Shown piece after piece: positions 8,227 through 17,671 of a DNA stretch of 64,000 nt (positions within the stretch are counted from its first letter, which is position 1; every line of letters begins with the position of its first letter). The stretch is from contig JAGWFT010000001.1 in assembly GCA_028867755.1 (NCBI GenBank), positions 324,727 to 388,726 on the forward strand, written 5' to 3'. A program made the position numbers and the translations under genes. The notes beneath the pieces are model-generated. The model searched no databases. It saw nothing but the letters and a program-made list of their open reading frames with translations, and had not been told where the DNA came from. This stretch comes from Nitrososphaerota archaeon. Lineage in GTDB: Archaea; Thermoproteota; Nitrososphaeria; Nitrososphaerales; Nitrosopumilaceae.

Positions 8227-8541
8227 TTGAAGGATCTATCTAAAACTATGGAGAGAGCGAGTATCAGGTTTGACACGAAAACTGAAGAATTTCTGAGCAA
8301 AGCGTCTGTCCTTAGTTATTACATCGCAACATACAATGCCGTAAACGGCGAATTAGGACTTGATAATGAGCCTGTCACAGTAGATGAAATATTTGATTTC
8401 ATAAATGATCTAAAACATGAGGGAGGCGCAACAAACATCCAAAATGTAACAAAAGCAGATATCTCATTAACTTTCAGAATACTGCTAAAAGCAGGGCTAG
8501 GAAGGCAAAATCCTCTCGACCTTGCTTCTCTATCAAATTAG
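8227..8541 (+). CDS. Hypothetical helical protein (possibly winged-helix-like)
   Basis: 104-aa ORF with amphipathic helices VTVDEIFDFINDL and TKADISLTFRILLKAGL; ATG at 8248 is an alternative start. Confidence 0.6.
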   Translation: MKDLSKTMERASIRFDTKTEEFLSKASVLSYYIATYNAVNGELGLDNEPVTVDEIFDFINDLKHEGGATNIQNVTKADISLTFRILLKAGLGRQNPLDLASLSN

Positions 8542-8585
8542 ATAACTGACCTTACATGTTCCAGTTATGGAAAAACCGATAATCG

Positions 8586-9107
8586 CTATAATGTAAGCAT
8601 TTTTTTTGCAGAGTTGATTCTTTCGAGCAAATCTTTAAGGAAGACATCAGCAAAGTGCTCGAATGTTTTTACACCGTGCTTTGTTTCATATTCTTTTTTT
8701 CTTTGGTCATATTCTGACTTGAGCCAGGTAAAGTCTGCTTCTTTTAGATTAATAATATTGTCTCTGGAGACTGCTTTTGATTCAAACATGTTAAGCATGA
8801 AAATACTTGCAAACTTGGTGAAATTGTTTGCTCTGTATTTCTTTTCATATTTTTCCTTCAATATTTTGTAGTTCTCTTCAAACCATTCTTTAACATCGGA
8901 TCTAACTGTTAAGGAAGTGTATCTTCCAGAGAAATCGATTTTAATGTTATGCATTCCTACCGCATAATATTCTCGCTTTATTTCATTCATCATAATTATC
9001 AAAGCGCTAGGAAGAAACATTCCTGGATAATACTCGTCAGTTGCATTTTGCAGTTTAGATATGATGGCAGGCTTTAGCCCTATGGTTGCATACCCTTGAC
9101 TAGGCAT
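8586..9107 (-). CDS. Hypothetical protein with three ribbon-helix-helix-like repeats
   Basis: Three strand-helix units beginning YATIGLKPAIISKL, YTSLTVRSDVKEWF and IINLKEADFTWL. Confidence 0.6.
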   Translation of the reverse strand: MPSQGYATIGLKPAIISKLQNATDEYYPGMFLPSALIIMMNEIKREYYAVGMHNIKIDFSGRYTSLTVRSDVKEWFEENYKILKEKYEKKYRANNFTKFASIFMLNMFESKAVSRDNIINLKEADFTWLKSEYDQRKKEYETKHGVKTFEHFADVFLKDLLERINSAKKMLTL

Positions 9108-9117
9108 GAAAACCGAT

Positions 9118-9130
9118 CGGTAGGTTACGT
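9118..9130. promoter_or_regulatory. ACGTA-N3-TACGT-like site just upstream of the triple-RHH gene
   Basis: CGGTA-GGT-TACGT, about 11 bp from the ATG at 9107. Confidence 0.45.
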
Positions 9131-9234
9131 TAAAAATCTTTAATTAGTATTTAAATAAAATCTGCCTTTTTGGTTTTTGTATATAGAAAATTAAATGACT
9201 AAAAAATAATTAAAAATATTATTTTACAATGGGT

Positions 9235-9489
9235 CTACAAAGGAACCATTGTATCAATCAGTCTTGAATTGGTTATGTTACCGTCTTTCATTTGAATAAC
9301 CAAATCGACTGTATGTTTCAACTTGTTCAACAGAAAAGTCACTTGTACATCCCAAGAGTCTTGAGGACCTTTTTCTGGTAATGGAAAGAGCTCTCTTATC
9401 TTGAAATCCTGGATTTCAGTGCCATAGAGTGCCTCTGTTGCTTTCTTTGAAGCTTTTTCAACGTCGTCACGTGTCTTTACTGGTGACAT
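9235..9489 (-). CDS. Hypothetical 84-aa protein (PepSY-like alpha/beta pattern)
   Basis: Helix followed by beta strands (SWDVQVTF...HTVDLVIQMKDGNI); fold guess only. Confidence 0.6.
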   Translation of the reverse strand: MSPVKTRDDVEKASKKATEALYGTEIQDFKIRELFPLPEKGPQDSWDVQVTFLLNKLKHTVDLVIQMKDGNITNSRLIDTMVPL

Positions 9490-9529
9490 ATTTTATTTTA
9501 TACTTAGTAAATATAAAAATATATTGATT

Positions 9530-9545
9530 TTCGATTGTCGAACTA
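9530..9545. promoter_or_regulatory. TTCGA-TTG-TCGAA palindrome; 16-bp identical to 7288-7303
   Basis: TTCGATTGTCGAACTA overlaps the ureC TAG and lies upstream of 9235..9489. Confidence 0.6.
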
Positions 9546-11255
9546 GAACAGGTGGTATAGTCTGGTCATCGATAGTTTTTTTGACGGTTCAGTTGTAGCC
9601 AACTTTCCATCCACCAAAACTTTGTAGGTTTCAGGGTCGATCTCTATCTTAGGCAACAAATTGTTGTAAAACATATTCTTCTTGCTTATCTTTCGGCAAT
9701 TTTTGACCGGAAGTAATTTCTTTTTTAAACCTAATTTTCTTGATAAGCCATTTTGTATTGCTAGTTTTGAAGTAAAAGTTACCGAGGTAGAATATACTGC
9801 CTTTCCAAATGCGCCAAACATGGGACGATAATATACTGGCTCTGGGGTTGGAATTGATGCATTTGGGTCTCCCATAAGAGAATAGGCAACAAATCCTCCT
9901 TTAATTATGAGTCTGGGCTTTACACCAAAGAATTCAGGTGACCACATCACAATGTCAGCTAATTTACCTACTTCTAAGGAACCAACGTAGCTAGAAATTC
10001 CATGAGTTATTGCTGGGTTGATGGTAAGTTTTGCAAGATATCTTTTGACTCGAATATTGTCATTATCTCCTGTTTCTTCCCCTAGACGACCAGACATCTT
10101 TTTCATTTTGTCAGCAGTTTGCCATGCTCTGATGCCTACCTCTCCAACTCTTCCCATTGCCTGACTATCAGAAGAATACATGCTTAAAGCTCCAATATCA
10201 TGCAGAACATCTTCAGCAGCAATTGTTTCGCCTCTGATCCTAGACTCTGCAAATGCTATGTCCTCTCTTACAGACGGATTTAGGTGATGGCAAACCATCA
10301 TCATGTCAAGATGTTCCTCTAACGTGTTAACCGTAAATGGTCTTGTTGGATTTGTAGAAGAGGGAAGAATATTTTTCTCACCAGCTATTTTCATAATGTC
10401 TGGTGCATGTCCACCGCCGGCTCCTTCTGTGTGATATGTGTGAATTGTTCTTCCGCCTATTGCTCTGATTGTATCGTCAACAAAACCACATTCATTTAAT
10501 GTGTCTGTGTGGATAGCCACTTGAGTATCTGTTTTGTCTGCAACACGCAGAGCAGCATCAATAGTTGCAGGAGTAGAACCCCAATCTTCATGTAATTTCA
10601 AACCGCAAGCTCCCGCAGCAATCTGCTCCATTAGTGCAGGTTCTCTTGAGTCATTTCCTTTTCCAAGTAGCCCAAAATTTAGAGGAAACTCGTCAAGAGA
10701 CTCAAGCATTCTATGGATATTCCATGGGCCAGGTGTACATGTTGTTGCTTTAGTGCCATCAGCAGGCCCCGTACCGCCGCCAATCATAGTTGTGGTGCCA
10801 CTACAGATTGCATCTATTGCCTGTTGAGGTGCAATGAAATGAATGTGTGTATCAATTATTCCAGGAGTGCATATTGTATGCTCTCCTGCAATTACTTCTG
10901 TGTTTGCAGATATTACCATGTCTACATTGTCCATGATATTTGGATTGCCTGCTTTTCCGATACCAGCTATTTTGCCATCTTTGATGCCAATGTCCGCCTT
11001 GATGATACCAAGGACAGGATCCATGATAACGGCATTTGTTATTACTAGGTCAAGTGAATTTCTGCTAATGACACCACTTGCCTGACCCATCCCATCCCTT
11101 GCACTCTTACCTCCGCCAAAAACTATCTCATCCCCATAGGTCTGAAAGTCCTTCTCGATCTCAATTATGAGATCCGTATCGGCAAGTCTAATTTTGTCGC
11201 CCTTGGTAGGACCGTAAAGGTCAACGTATTGCTTTCTGGGAATTATTAGTGTCAT
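9543..11255 (-). CDS. ureC: Urease alpha subunit
   Basis: [13 protein letters not shown] (carbamylated Lys), [33 protein letters not shown]. Confidence 0.98.
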   Translation of the reverse strand: MTLIIPRKQYVDLYGPTKGDKIRLADTDLIIEIEKDFQTYGDEIVFGGGKSARDGMGQASGVISRNSLDLVITNAVIMDPVLGIIKADIGIKDGKIAGIGKAGNPNIMDNVDMVISANTEVIAGEHTICTPGIIDTHIHFIAPQQAIDAICSGTTTMIGGGTGPADGTKATTCTPGPWNIHRMLESLDEFPLNFGLLGKGNDSREPALMEQIAAGACGLKLHEDWGSTPATIDAALRVADKTDTQVAIHTDTLNECGFVDDTIRAIGGRTIHTYHTEGAGGGHAPDIMKIAGEKNILPSSTNPTRPFTVNTLEEHLDMMMVCHHLNPSVREDIAFAESRIRGETIAAEDVLHDIGALSMYSSDSQAMGRVGEVGIRAWQTADKMKKMSGRLGEETGDNDNIRVKRYLAKLTINPAITHGISSYVGSLEVGKLADIVMWSPEFFGVKPRLIIKGGFVAYSLMGDPNASIPTPEPVYYRPMFGAFGKAVYSTSVTFTSKLAIQNGLSRKLGLKKKLLPVKNCRKISKKNMFYNNLLPKIEIDPETYKVLVDGKLATTEPSKKLSMTRLYHLF

Positions 11256-11623
11256 TTTTGATCACTGTCCTTGAATCCTAGTTTTTGTGCTTTCTTGATT
11301 GCAATTTGCTTTCTGGTGGCAAGATCTCCATTGACAAGACCACTGAATCCGTATACTCTTTTCAGTCCACTGTACTCTGTAATTTCTACTTCCTTTGTGT
11401 CACCGGGCTCAAACCTCACTGATGTCCCAGCTGGGATATTTAGATGAAAACCATAAGATCTCTTTCTAGAAAATACTAGAGCCTTGTTGGTTTCAAAGAA
11501 ATGCGTGTGAGAACCTACCTGTATTGGCCTGTCTCCAGAATTGCTAACTTTGATCTTTATTGTGTTTCTGCCTTTATTTGCAATAATGGGAACATCATTT
11601 ATGAAATATTCTCCAGGGATCAT
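11252..11623 (-). CDS. ureB: Urease beta subunit
   Basis: [34 protein letters not shown]. Confidence 0.98.
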   Translation of the reverse strand: MIPGEYFINDVPIIANKGRNTIKIKVSNSGDRPIQVGSHTHFFETNKALVFSRKRSYGFHLNIPAGTSVRFEPGDTKEVEITEYSGLKRVYGFSGLVNGDLATRKQIAIKKAQKLGFKDSDQK

Positions 11624-11625
11624 AT

Positions 11626-11943
11626 CTATACGATAGGATCATGAACAGTGACAAGTTTAGTTCCGTCTTCAAATGTTGCCTCAGTCTGCACTGTCTTAAT
11701 CAACTCAGGCACTCCAGGCAAAACATCATCTCTTGCTAAAACTCTCCTTCCTGAACTCATTAGTTCTGATACTGACTTGCCGTCTCTTGCACCCTCAACT
11801 ATGTGGTCTGCAATTAGTGCCAAAGCTTCTACGTAATTAAGCTTCAAACCTCTTGCTTTTCTTCTTCGTGCAACTTCTGCTGTCATAAAAATATAGAGCT
11901 TGTCTATCTCTCTTGGAGTAAGCATCATATCTGTATCTATCAT
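11626..11943 (-). CDS. ureA: Urease gamma subunit
   Basis: MLTPRE...[10 protein letters not shown]...[17 protein letters not shown]; true start probably 11928 or 11925. Confidence 0.98.
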   Translation of the reverse strand: MIDTDMMLTPREIDKLYIFMTAEVARRRKARGLKLNYVEALALIADHIVEGARDGKSVSELMSSGRRVLARDDVLPGVPELIKTVQTEATFEDGTKLVTVHDPIV

Positions 11944-12024
11944 GACTTCTTGTATTTATTATTTATAACAAATTACTAAGACCTTGATCAAAAAATATAA
12001 TTTCATAGTTTAAGCTAGGTCATC

Positions 12025-12525
12025 ATGCTTACTATCACGTCAATAATAGGAAACATTTTTCACGACAAAGAATTGATGGACAAGTTCAAACAAATGGAAT
12101 CTCAAAAAAGATGTGAAAGGATAAAGATCTCGCGCCTTGAGTTGGAAAGAGGCAGAATTAGGAAAACAACAGACCTTGGAACCGATGTTGGTCTTGTTCT
12201 TGATTCCAGGCTTTATCATGGAGATGTCATACTGTCAGATCGGGAAAAATTCATTTTAGTTGAACAATTGCCTGAAAAAGTGATCTCCATAAAAATAAAA
12301 AGTCTAAACGATAATCCTGTTGGTCTACTTACTCTTGGCCATATTGTGGGAAACAGACACAAGCCAATCGTGATAAATAACGATGTTCTCTCATTTCCAA
12401 TCCAGGCAGATTCAGAGGCTGATGTGTTCAAGAAGCTGTTGTCTGGAATTGTGGCTAATCTTGAGTTTGATGTAGAGGAGCAGATTTTTCAACCACAACA
12501 TGGGATGTATATGCATGAGCACTAG
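12025..12525 (+). CDS. ureE: Urease accessory Ni chaperone UreE
   Basis: RKTTDLGTDVGL, LGHIVGNRH, C-terminal HGMYMHEH; lies in ure cluster. Confidence 0.9.
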   Translation: MLTITSIIGNIFHDKELMDKFKQMESQKRCERIKISRLELERGRIRKTTDLGTDVGLVLDSRLYHGDVILSDREKFILVEQLPEKVISIKIKSLNDNPVGLLTLGHIVGNRHKPIVINNDVLSFPIQADSEADVFKKLLSGIVANLEFDVEEQIFQPQHGMYMHEH

Positions 12526-13216
12526 CCATGAATTTTTTTTAATGCAACTATCAGATTCTTTCTTTCCGTCCGGTATGTTTGGATTGTCTAATGGTTTAGA
12601 GTCGCTTGCAAAGCACAAGAAAATAAAAACTGATAACGATGTTCTAAATTTCATTGAACAGCAAATAGAATTTCAGCTAATACCATGTGATTGCATGATT
12701 TTTCTAATAGCAATGGATGCAGCAAAGAATGAAAATATCGAAGAACTCGTTGAAGCAGATAAAAAATTCTACTCGATGAGGCTGATAAGAGAGGCAAGAA
12801 ACACTTCTGCCAGGTCTGGTTCACAAATATTAAACTGCATAATCCAAATGGCATCTGACAAGGAAGAAAACAGAATTGCAAAGCAATTTCAAAAGAAAAT
12901 ATCGTCAAACGAAACTCCTGGAACATATCCAGTTTGTTTGGGAATAACTGCAAGCCTATTTGGAATTCCGCCTGAGAGTGGAACAAGAATGATGCTTTAT
13001 TCATTTAGCCAAAGCATTATTGCTGCAGCAATAAGACTAGGAATAATTGAGCACGTTAGCGGTCAGAAAATTCTCACGTTGCTCTCAAGCAAGATAAACA
13101 ACATCTCAAAGAATCTCAAAAAAGAACCCCTGGACAATCTCTGGCAACTGACACCCATAACAGACATTTTCCAAATGATTCATGAGCATGATAGTTCCAA
13201 GATGTTCATAACATAG
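12515..13216 (+). CDS. ureF: Urease accessory protein UreF
   Basis: QLSDSFFPSGMF...GLESL and C-terminal HEHDSSKMFIT; ORF track starts at 12500. Confidence 0.93.
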   Translation: MSTSHEFFLMQLSDSFFPSGMFGLSNGLESLAKHKKIKTDNDVLNFIEQQIEFQLIPCDCMIFLIAMDAAKNENIEELVEADKKFYSMRLIREARNTSARSGSQILNCIIQMASDKEENRIAKQFQKKISSNETPGTYPVCLGITASLFGIPPESGTRMMLYSFSQSIIAAAIRLGIIEHVSGQKILTLLSSKINNISKNLKKEPLDNLWQLTPITDIFQMIHEHDSSKMFIT

Positions 13217-13224
13217 ATCTAAAG

Positions 13225-13899
13225 TTGTTTTTCATGTCAAAAAATAAAAAAATACCAAAAGTTGGAATCGGTGGACCGGTAGGATCAGGTAAAACTCGCC
13301 TAATAGAAAGAGTGGTGCCAGTCTTGATAGAAAAAGGCTACAGGTGCTGTATCATATCAAACGATGTCATATCAAAAGAAGATGCAGAAAGAATGCAGAG
13401 AGTGCTATCTACAGAGCTTAAAGTCATGCCTGAAAACATGATTATAGGAATAGCTACTGGAGGCTGTCCACACACTGCAATACGTGAAGACCCTACAATA
13501 AATCTGGCAGTTATTGATGAAATAGAAAAAAAAGATCCCAGCCTTGATTTGATTATCATTGAAAGTGGTGGTGATAACGTTATGACTACATTTAGCCCGG
13601 CTCTTGCAGACTATTTCATTTACATAATAGACGTGGCAGGAGGCGACAAGTATCCAAGAAAAGGTGGGTTAGGAATAGAAAGCAGTGACTTGCTTGTAAT
13701 CAACAAGATTGATTTGGCATCACATGTGGGTGCAGATCTTGCTATCATGGAAAGAGATGCAAAAAAAATTCGAGGAGAAAAGCCCTTTGTGTTTGTCAAC
13801 TGCCAGACTGGTGAGGGAATAGAACGTGTTGCTGAAAACATAATCAAGTCTATTCTGTTTGACAAAAAACCTATTGCAAAAAAGGATAGAATAAGATGA
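13225..13899 (+). CDS. ureG: Urease accessory GTPase UreG
   Basis: GGPVGSGKT, TGGCPHTAIRED, ESGGDN, NKID; ATG at 13234 is the likely start. Confidence 0.97.
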   Translation: MFFMSKNKKIPKVGIGGPVGSGKTRLIERVVPVLIEKGYRCCIISNDVISKEDAERMQRVLSTELKVMPENMIIGIATGGCPHTAIREDPTINLAVIDEIEKKDPSLDLIIIESGGDNVMTTFSPALADYFIYIIDVAGGDKYPRKGGLGIESSDLLVINKIDLASHVGADLAIMERDAKKIRGEKPFVFVNCQTGEGIERVAENIIKSILFDKKPIAKKDRIR

Positions 13900-14789
13900 G
13901 CTCTCACATCCCAGACATTTTCAAAAATTTTGTAAATAAGGAAATCAAAATGCCAGGACAAAATGGTACAATAAAGATAGAGATTCGATCAGACGAAAAT
14001 TCTAAAACGTACATCAAATCATTGATGTCAAAAGCTCCATTTCTGATTCAGAAAGCCATATACCCAGACTCGGGCTATCCGCAATTTGCGCATATCTACA
14101 TGATGTCATCTTCTGGAGGTATATTACAAGGTGATGAACAGAGAATTGACATCATAATGGATTCAAATTCTGCAGCAAGAATCACTAACCAATCCGCGAC
14201 TAAAATTTACAAGATGGAAGGCGGCTATGCCTCACAATACATCAACATACGCGTTAAAGAAGGAAGCTATATGGAATTTGTTCCACACCAGATAATTCCA
14301 TTCAAATCATCAAGATTCTATCAAGAGGTAAATCTTGAAGTTGACGAGAATGCAGTACTGGTATATTCTGAGATCATATCTGCAGGTCGCATAGCGTCGG
14401 GCGAAAAATATGATTTTGATCTCTGCTTTCTTCGCACTTCGGCCCATAGAAAAGATCAGGTACTCTTTACAGATGTCATGAGCCTGAACCATAAAGACAA
14501 ACCAAATCTTGAATCAGTATTTGGCGGGAAAAGCATCTTTTCTACTGTTTACATAATTGGTAGCTCTATTGCAACAGAAAAAATTGTAGATGAAATCAAT
14601 TTGGCAACAAAAAATACGTCTCTTCTAGCAAGCTGCTCATCCCTTCCATATGATTGTGGGATAATTGTGAGAATGCTTGCAGATTCTGCTTCTGAAATCA
14701 TTGTACTAACAGAATCTATAGCCAATATCTTGAGAGCTTATGTCAAGACAGAACACAAAATAGAACCTGCAATTAGCAACCATCAATAG
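13896..14789 (+). CDS. ureD: Urease accessory protein UreD/UreH
   Basis: SSSGGILQGD, ITNQSATKIYKM, EFVPHQIIPF. Confidence 0.93.
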   Translation: MSSHIPDIFKNFVNKEIKMPGQNGTIKIEIRSDENSKTYIKSLMSKAPFLIQKAIYPDSGYPQFAHIYMMSSSGGILQGDEQRIDIIMDSNSAARITNQSATKIYKMEGGYASQYINIRVKEGSYMEFVPHQIIPFKSSRFYQEVNLEVDENAVLVYSEIISAGRIASGEKYDFDLCFLRTSAHRKDQVLFTDVMSLNHKDKPNLESVFGGKSIFSTVYIIGSSIATEKIVDEINLATKNTSLLASCSSLPYDCGIIVRMLADSASEIIVLTESIANILRAYVKTEHKIEPAISNHQ

Positions 14790-14883
14790 ATACAGCATAA
14801 AAATATTTTCTAATTTTTCTTGTAAAAATTTCTGGAGATTTGATGATCAGAAGTTTTATAATTACTAAATATGTCATACCTGC

Positions 14884-16581
14884 GTGGATTCTGCAAGTAA
14901 TTTGCTTGGTGAAGGGACAGAATTTTCTGTAGGCGAAGAGACTCGTAGATATAATTTACTTGCAGGAAAATTAATTGCAGATCTCATCAAGACATCGTTT
15001 GGACCACGAGGATTTGAAAAAATGTACATTGATCTTCTGGGCGAGGTCACTTTGAGCAAGAATGGCTCTACCATATTGCGCAAGATCGATGTTGACCATC
15101 CAGCTGCTAAGGTAATGATAGATGCATCAAATTCCGTTGATAATGAGGTAGGCGACGGAACAATATCTGTAGTTGTTCTGACCGGTTCTCTTCTTGAAAA
15201 AGCAGAAAAAATGCTGGATTCAGGAATCTCCCCTTCAACCATTGAAGCAGGATACAAGGAGGCTGCCGAGATGGCACTAAACATTGTAAGATCAATTGCA
15301 AAATCACCAAGCTATAAGGATAAAGAAGTGATGGCCAAGCTAGCTGAAACATGTCTGAGCTCAAAAGCAATTTCCATTTTATGTGAAAGTAAATCTGTAT
15401 CAGAGCTAGTCACTGAAGCCTTTTGTACGATAGCAGATTTTGCAAACAGAAAAGTTGAAACAGATGATATCAAGATAGAAGAAAAACCAGGCAATACAGC
15501 AGACATTGAACTAGTTAGAGGAGTAGTCATTGACAAGACAATCGATAATTCTGCCATGCCTAGGATGATAGAGAATGCAAAGATCCTTCTAATTAATCAT
15601 GAACTTGACAATGAAAGAACAAAGACTGATGCAGAAATCACAATCAACTCCCCAGAAGAAATGCAGGCATACATTTCAAGAGAAAGCAAAGATGTAAAGG
15701 AAAAAACCCAGAAGATAATTGATTCAGGCGCAAATGTTGTAATTTCTCAGAAGGGAATTAGTCTGCTGGCTCAGCATTATCTATCGCGTGCAAACATAAT
15801 CTCTCTTCGCAGGGTAAAGGAAAATGATCTCCACTGGCTCAAGAAGGCAGTGGGCAGTGAGATAACAAATGATCTAGATAACATAACTGAACAACACCTG
15901 GGCTTTGCAGGCAAGGTCTATGAAAAATTTATCGGCGATGATAAAATGGTGTTTGTAGAAAAGTGTAAAAATCCAAAATCAGTCACTATATTATTACGAG
16001 CAAATTCCAAGAGGTTGCTAGATGAATATCATCGTACGGTGCTTGATGCTATCGCAGTTCTAAAAGACTTTTTTATCAATCCATCAATAGTGGCAGGCGG
16101 AGGTTCAACTGAAACAATTATTGCAGGTGAACTACGAAAAAGATCGCTTTCTATAGAAGGCAAGGAACAGACTGTGATTCAAAATTTTGCCGAGGCTCTT
16201 GAGGAAATTCCATTAACAATAGCCAGAAATTCTGGAATGAATGTAATTGACACGCTTGTTCAGCTAAGAAGCAAGAATGCTCAATACAATAATGGAACAA
16301 TTCACTCTTGGTACGGCGTAGATGCAATCGAGAGAAAAGTAAAAGAAATGTATTCTCAAGATATCATTGAGCCGCTTGTAGTCAAAGAACAAGTAATAAA
16401 GACAGCATCAGAGGTTGCATCACTACTTTTGCGCGTAGATGAAGTCGTTATGAAACAACCTGTAATGTATACACATACCCATGCAAATGGTACTAAACAC
16501 TCGCACAAAAAAGGAAACACACCACATGATCACTTTGACAATCTTGGAAAGATGCAGAGACCTTCGCATCATTATTACTGA
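14884..16581 (+). CDS. Group II chaperonin (thermosome-like) with His-rich C-terminus
   Basis: TSFGPRG, HPAAK, VGDGT, VAGGG, EPLVVK; tail HTHANGTKHSHKKGNTPHDH...SHHYY; GTG start. Confidence 0.92.
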   Translation: MDSASNLLGEGTEFSVGEETRRYNLLAGKLIADLIKTSFGPRGFEKMYIDLLGEVTLSKNGSTILRKIDVDHPAAKVMIDASNSVDNEVGDGTISVVVLTGSLLEKAEKMLDSGISPSTIEAGYKEAAEMALNIVRSIAKSPSYKDKEVMAKLAETCLSSKAISILCESKSVSELVTEAFCTIADFANRKVETDDIKIEEKPGNTADIELVRGVVIDKTIDNSAMPRMIENAKILLINHELDNERTKTDAEITINSPEEMQAYISRESKDVKEKTQKIIDSGANVVISQKGISLLAQHYLSRANIISLRRVKENDLHWLKKAVGSEITNDLDNITEQHLGFAGKVYEKFIGDDKMVFVEKCKNPKSVTILLRANSKRLLDEYHRTVLDAIAVLKDFFINPSIVAGGGSTETIIAGELRKRSLSIEGKEQTVIQNFAEALEEIPLTIARNSGMNVIDTLVQLRSKNAQYNNGTIHSWYGVDAIERKVKEMYSQDIIEPLVVKEQVIKTASEVASLLLRVDEVVMKQPVMYTHTHANGTKHSHKKGNTPHDHFDNLGKMQRPSHHYY

Positions 16582-16614
16582 TTGGATAATGTTTTACTGT
16601 TGTTAGAGTTTCAG

Positions 16615-17550
16615 CTATTTTACTCTGGCAAGAAGGGCAGAATAAAGAAATGGTAGAATCGTGGTTATCTCTGCATGTATTGTAGTTTGTTTTGCATTCT
16701 GAGTTACCTTTCCCCATGAGATTGCTTCTTTTACAAGTGCACCGCTCAAACTACCGTCAAACTCTTGTGCTGTAGTGATGTAGACGGCATAATCTAGACC
16801 ATCTCTATATTGGTTCCACCAAAGAGTGTGATGCTTTGATATGCCTCCACCTAGCATGAGAGCTCCTGATTTTTTTGCCTTGAATATTAGTCCAGACAAC
16901 AAGTCCCCATCAGCTGCAACATTTAGTTTGAAATCCTTATGTTTTTGTGTAAACATCCAGATCTGGCTTCCTACAGCACCATCCACTATTCCAGGTACAA
17001 TCACTGGAATGTTATTTTTGTATGCCCAGTACAGGAAAGAACCTTCACCTAGGTGTTCGCCAATCATTCTTGTAATGTCTGCAGTGGACATCTCTCTTGT
17101 ACCAGCTTTGTAAGCTTCCTCTAGGAATTGTTGCATTTTTTCTTCAATTATGGGTCCATAGCTATCCATTGGAACAAGCACGTTGCCTAATCTGTGAATG
17201 TTTTTCTCCAAAAGCTCTGAATCATCAAGGGTAAAGGATCCTTCTAAATAATTTGAAAAATATCTTGCAATGTCATGATCAAGAGCACCACATGTAGTAA
17301 TGGCAACATCGAACATTTTCTTTTTTAACATATCTACAATTATTCCACGAAGACCAGTTGACGTAATTGCCGCTACAAATGAAAGAAATTTTACACACTG
17401 CTTGTCGTTTATCATTGTTGAGAGAATCTCAAGACCGTCAGCAAGATTTCTTGATTCAAAACCGCCAGACTCTGACATCTGTTTGAAGATAGTCTGTAGA
17501 TCGGTGTCACTTTTTATAGAAATGTCTCGTACTGGTCTGCCCTCGCTCAT
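16615..17550 (-). CDS. dhs: Deoxyhypusine synthase (aIF5A modifying)
   Basis: TCGALDHDIAR, GGGISKHH, EFDGSLSGA, EAISWGKV (catalytic Lys). Confidence 0.92.
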   Translation of the reverse strand: MSEGRPVRDISIKSDTDLQTIFKQMSESGGFESRNLADGLEILSTMINDKQCVKFLSFVAAITSTGLRGIIVDMLKKKMFDVAITTCGALDHDIARYFSNYLEGSFTLDDSELLEKNIHRLGNVLVPMDSYGPIIEEKMQQFLEEAYKAGTREMSTADITRMIGEHLGEGSFLYWAYKNNIPVIVPGIVDGAVGSQIWMFTQKHKDFKLNVAADGDLLSGLIFKAKKSGALMLGGGISKHHTLWWNQYRDGLDYAVYITTAQEFDGSLSGALVKEAISWGKVTQNAKQTTIHAEITTILPFLYSALLARVK

Positions 17551-17607
17551 TCTTTTATGGCTTGATCAGCGGTATAAATTTCTTGTATTGCTTTTAAAAA
17601 ATAGAAA

Positions 17608-17620
17608 ACGTAATATACGA
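17608..17620. promoter_or_regulatory. ACGTA-N3-TACGT palindrome (1 mismatch) in the dhs/pdaD divergent promoter
   Basis: ACGTA-ATA-TACGA. Confidence 0.5.
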
Positions 17621-17671
17621 ATCAAAGACCAATTTTTAAATAATAACCGCTTAAGAGAGACATGAGATAAT

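Noticed and set aside
13984-13997. TTCGATCAGACGAA in ureD as a fifth TTCGA palindrome
   Set aside because: Spacing is wrong (4-nt spacer plus a mismatch) and the site is inside coding sequence.
14874-15284. 136-aa antisense ORF over the chaperonin
   Set aside because: Antisense ORFs over chaperonin genes are a common shadow of codon usage, and this one has no protein-like motifs.
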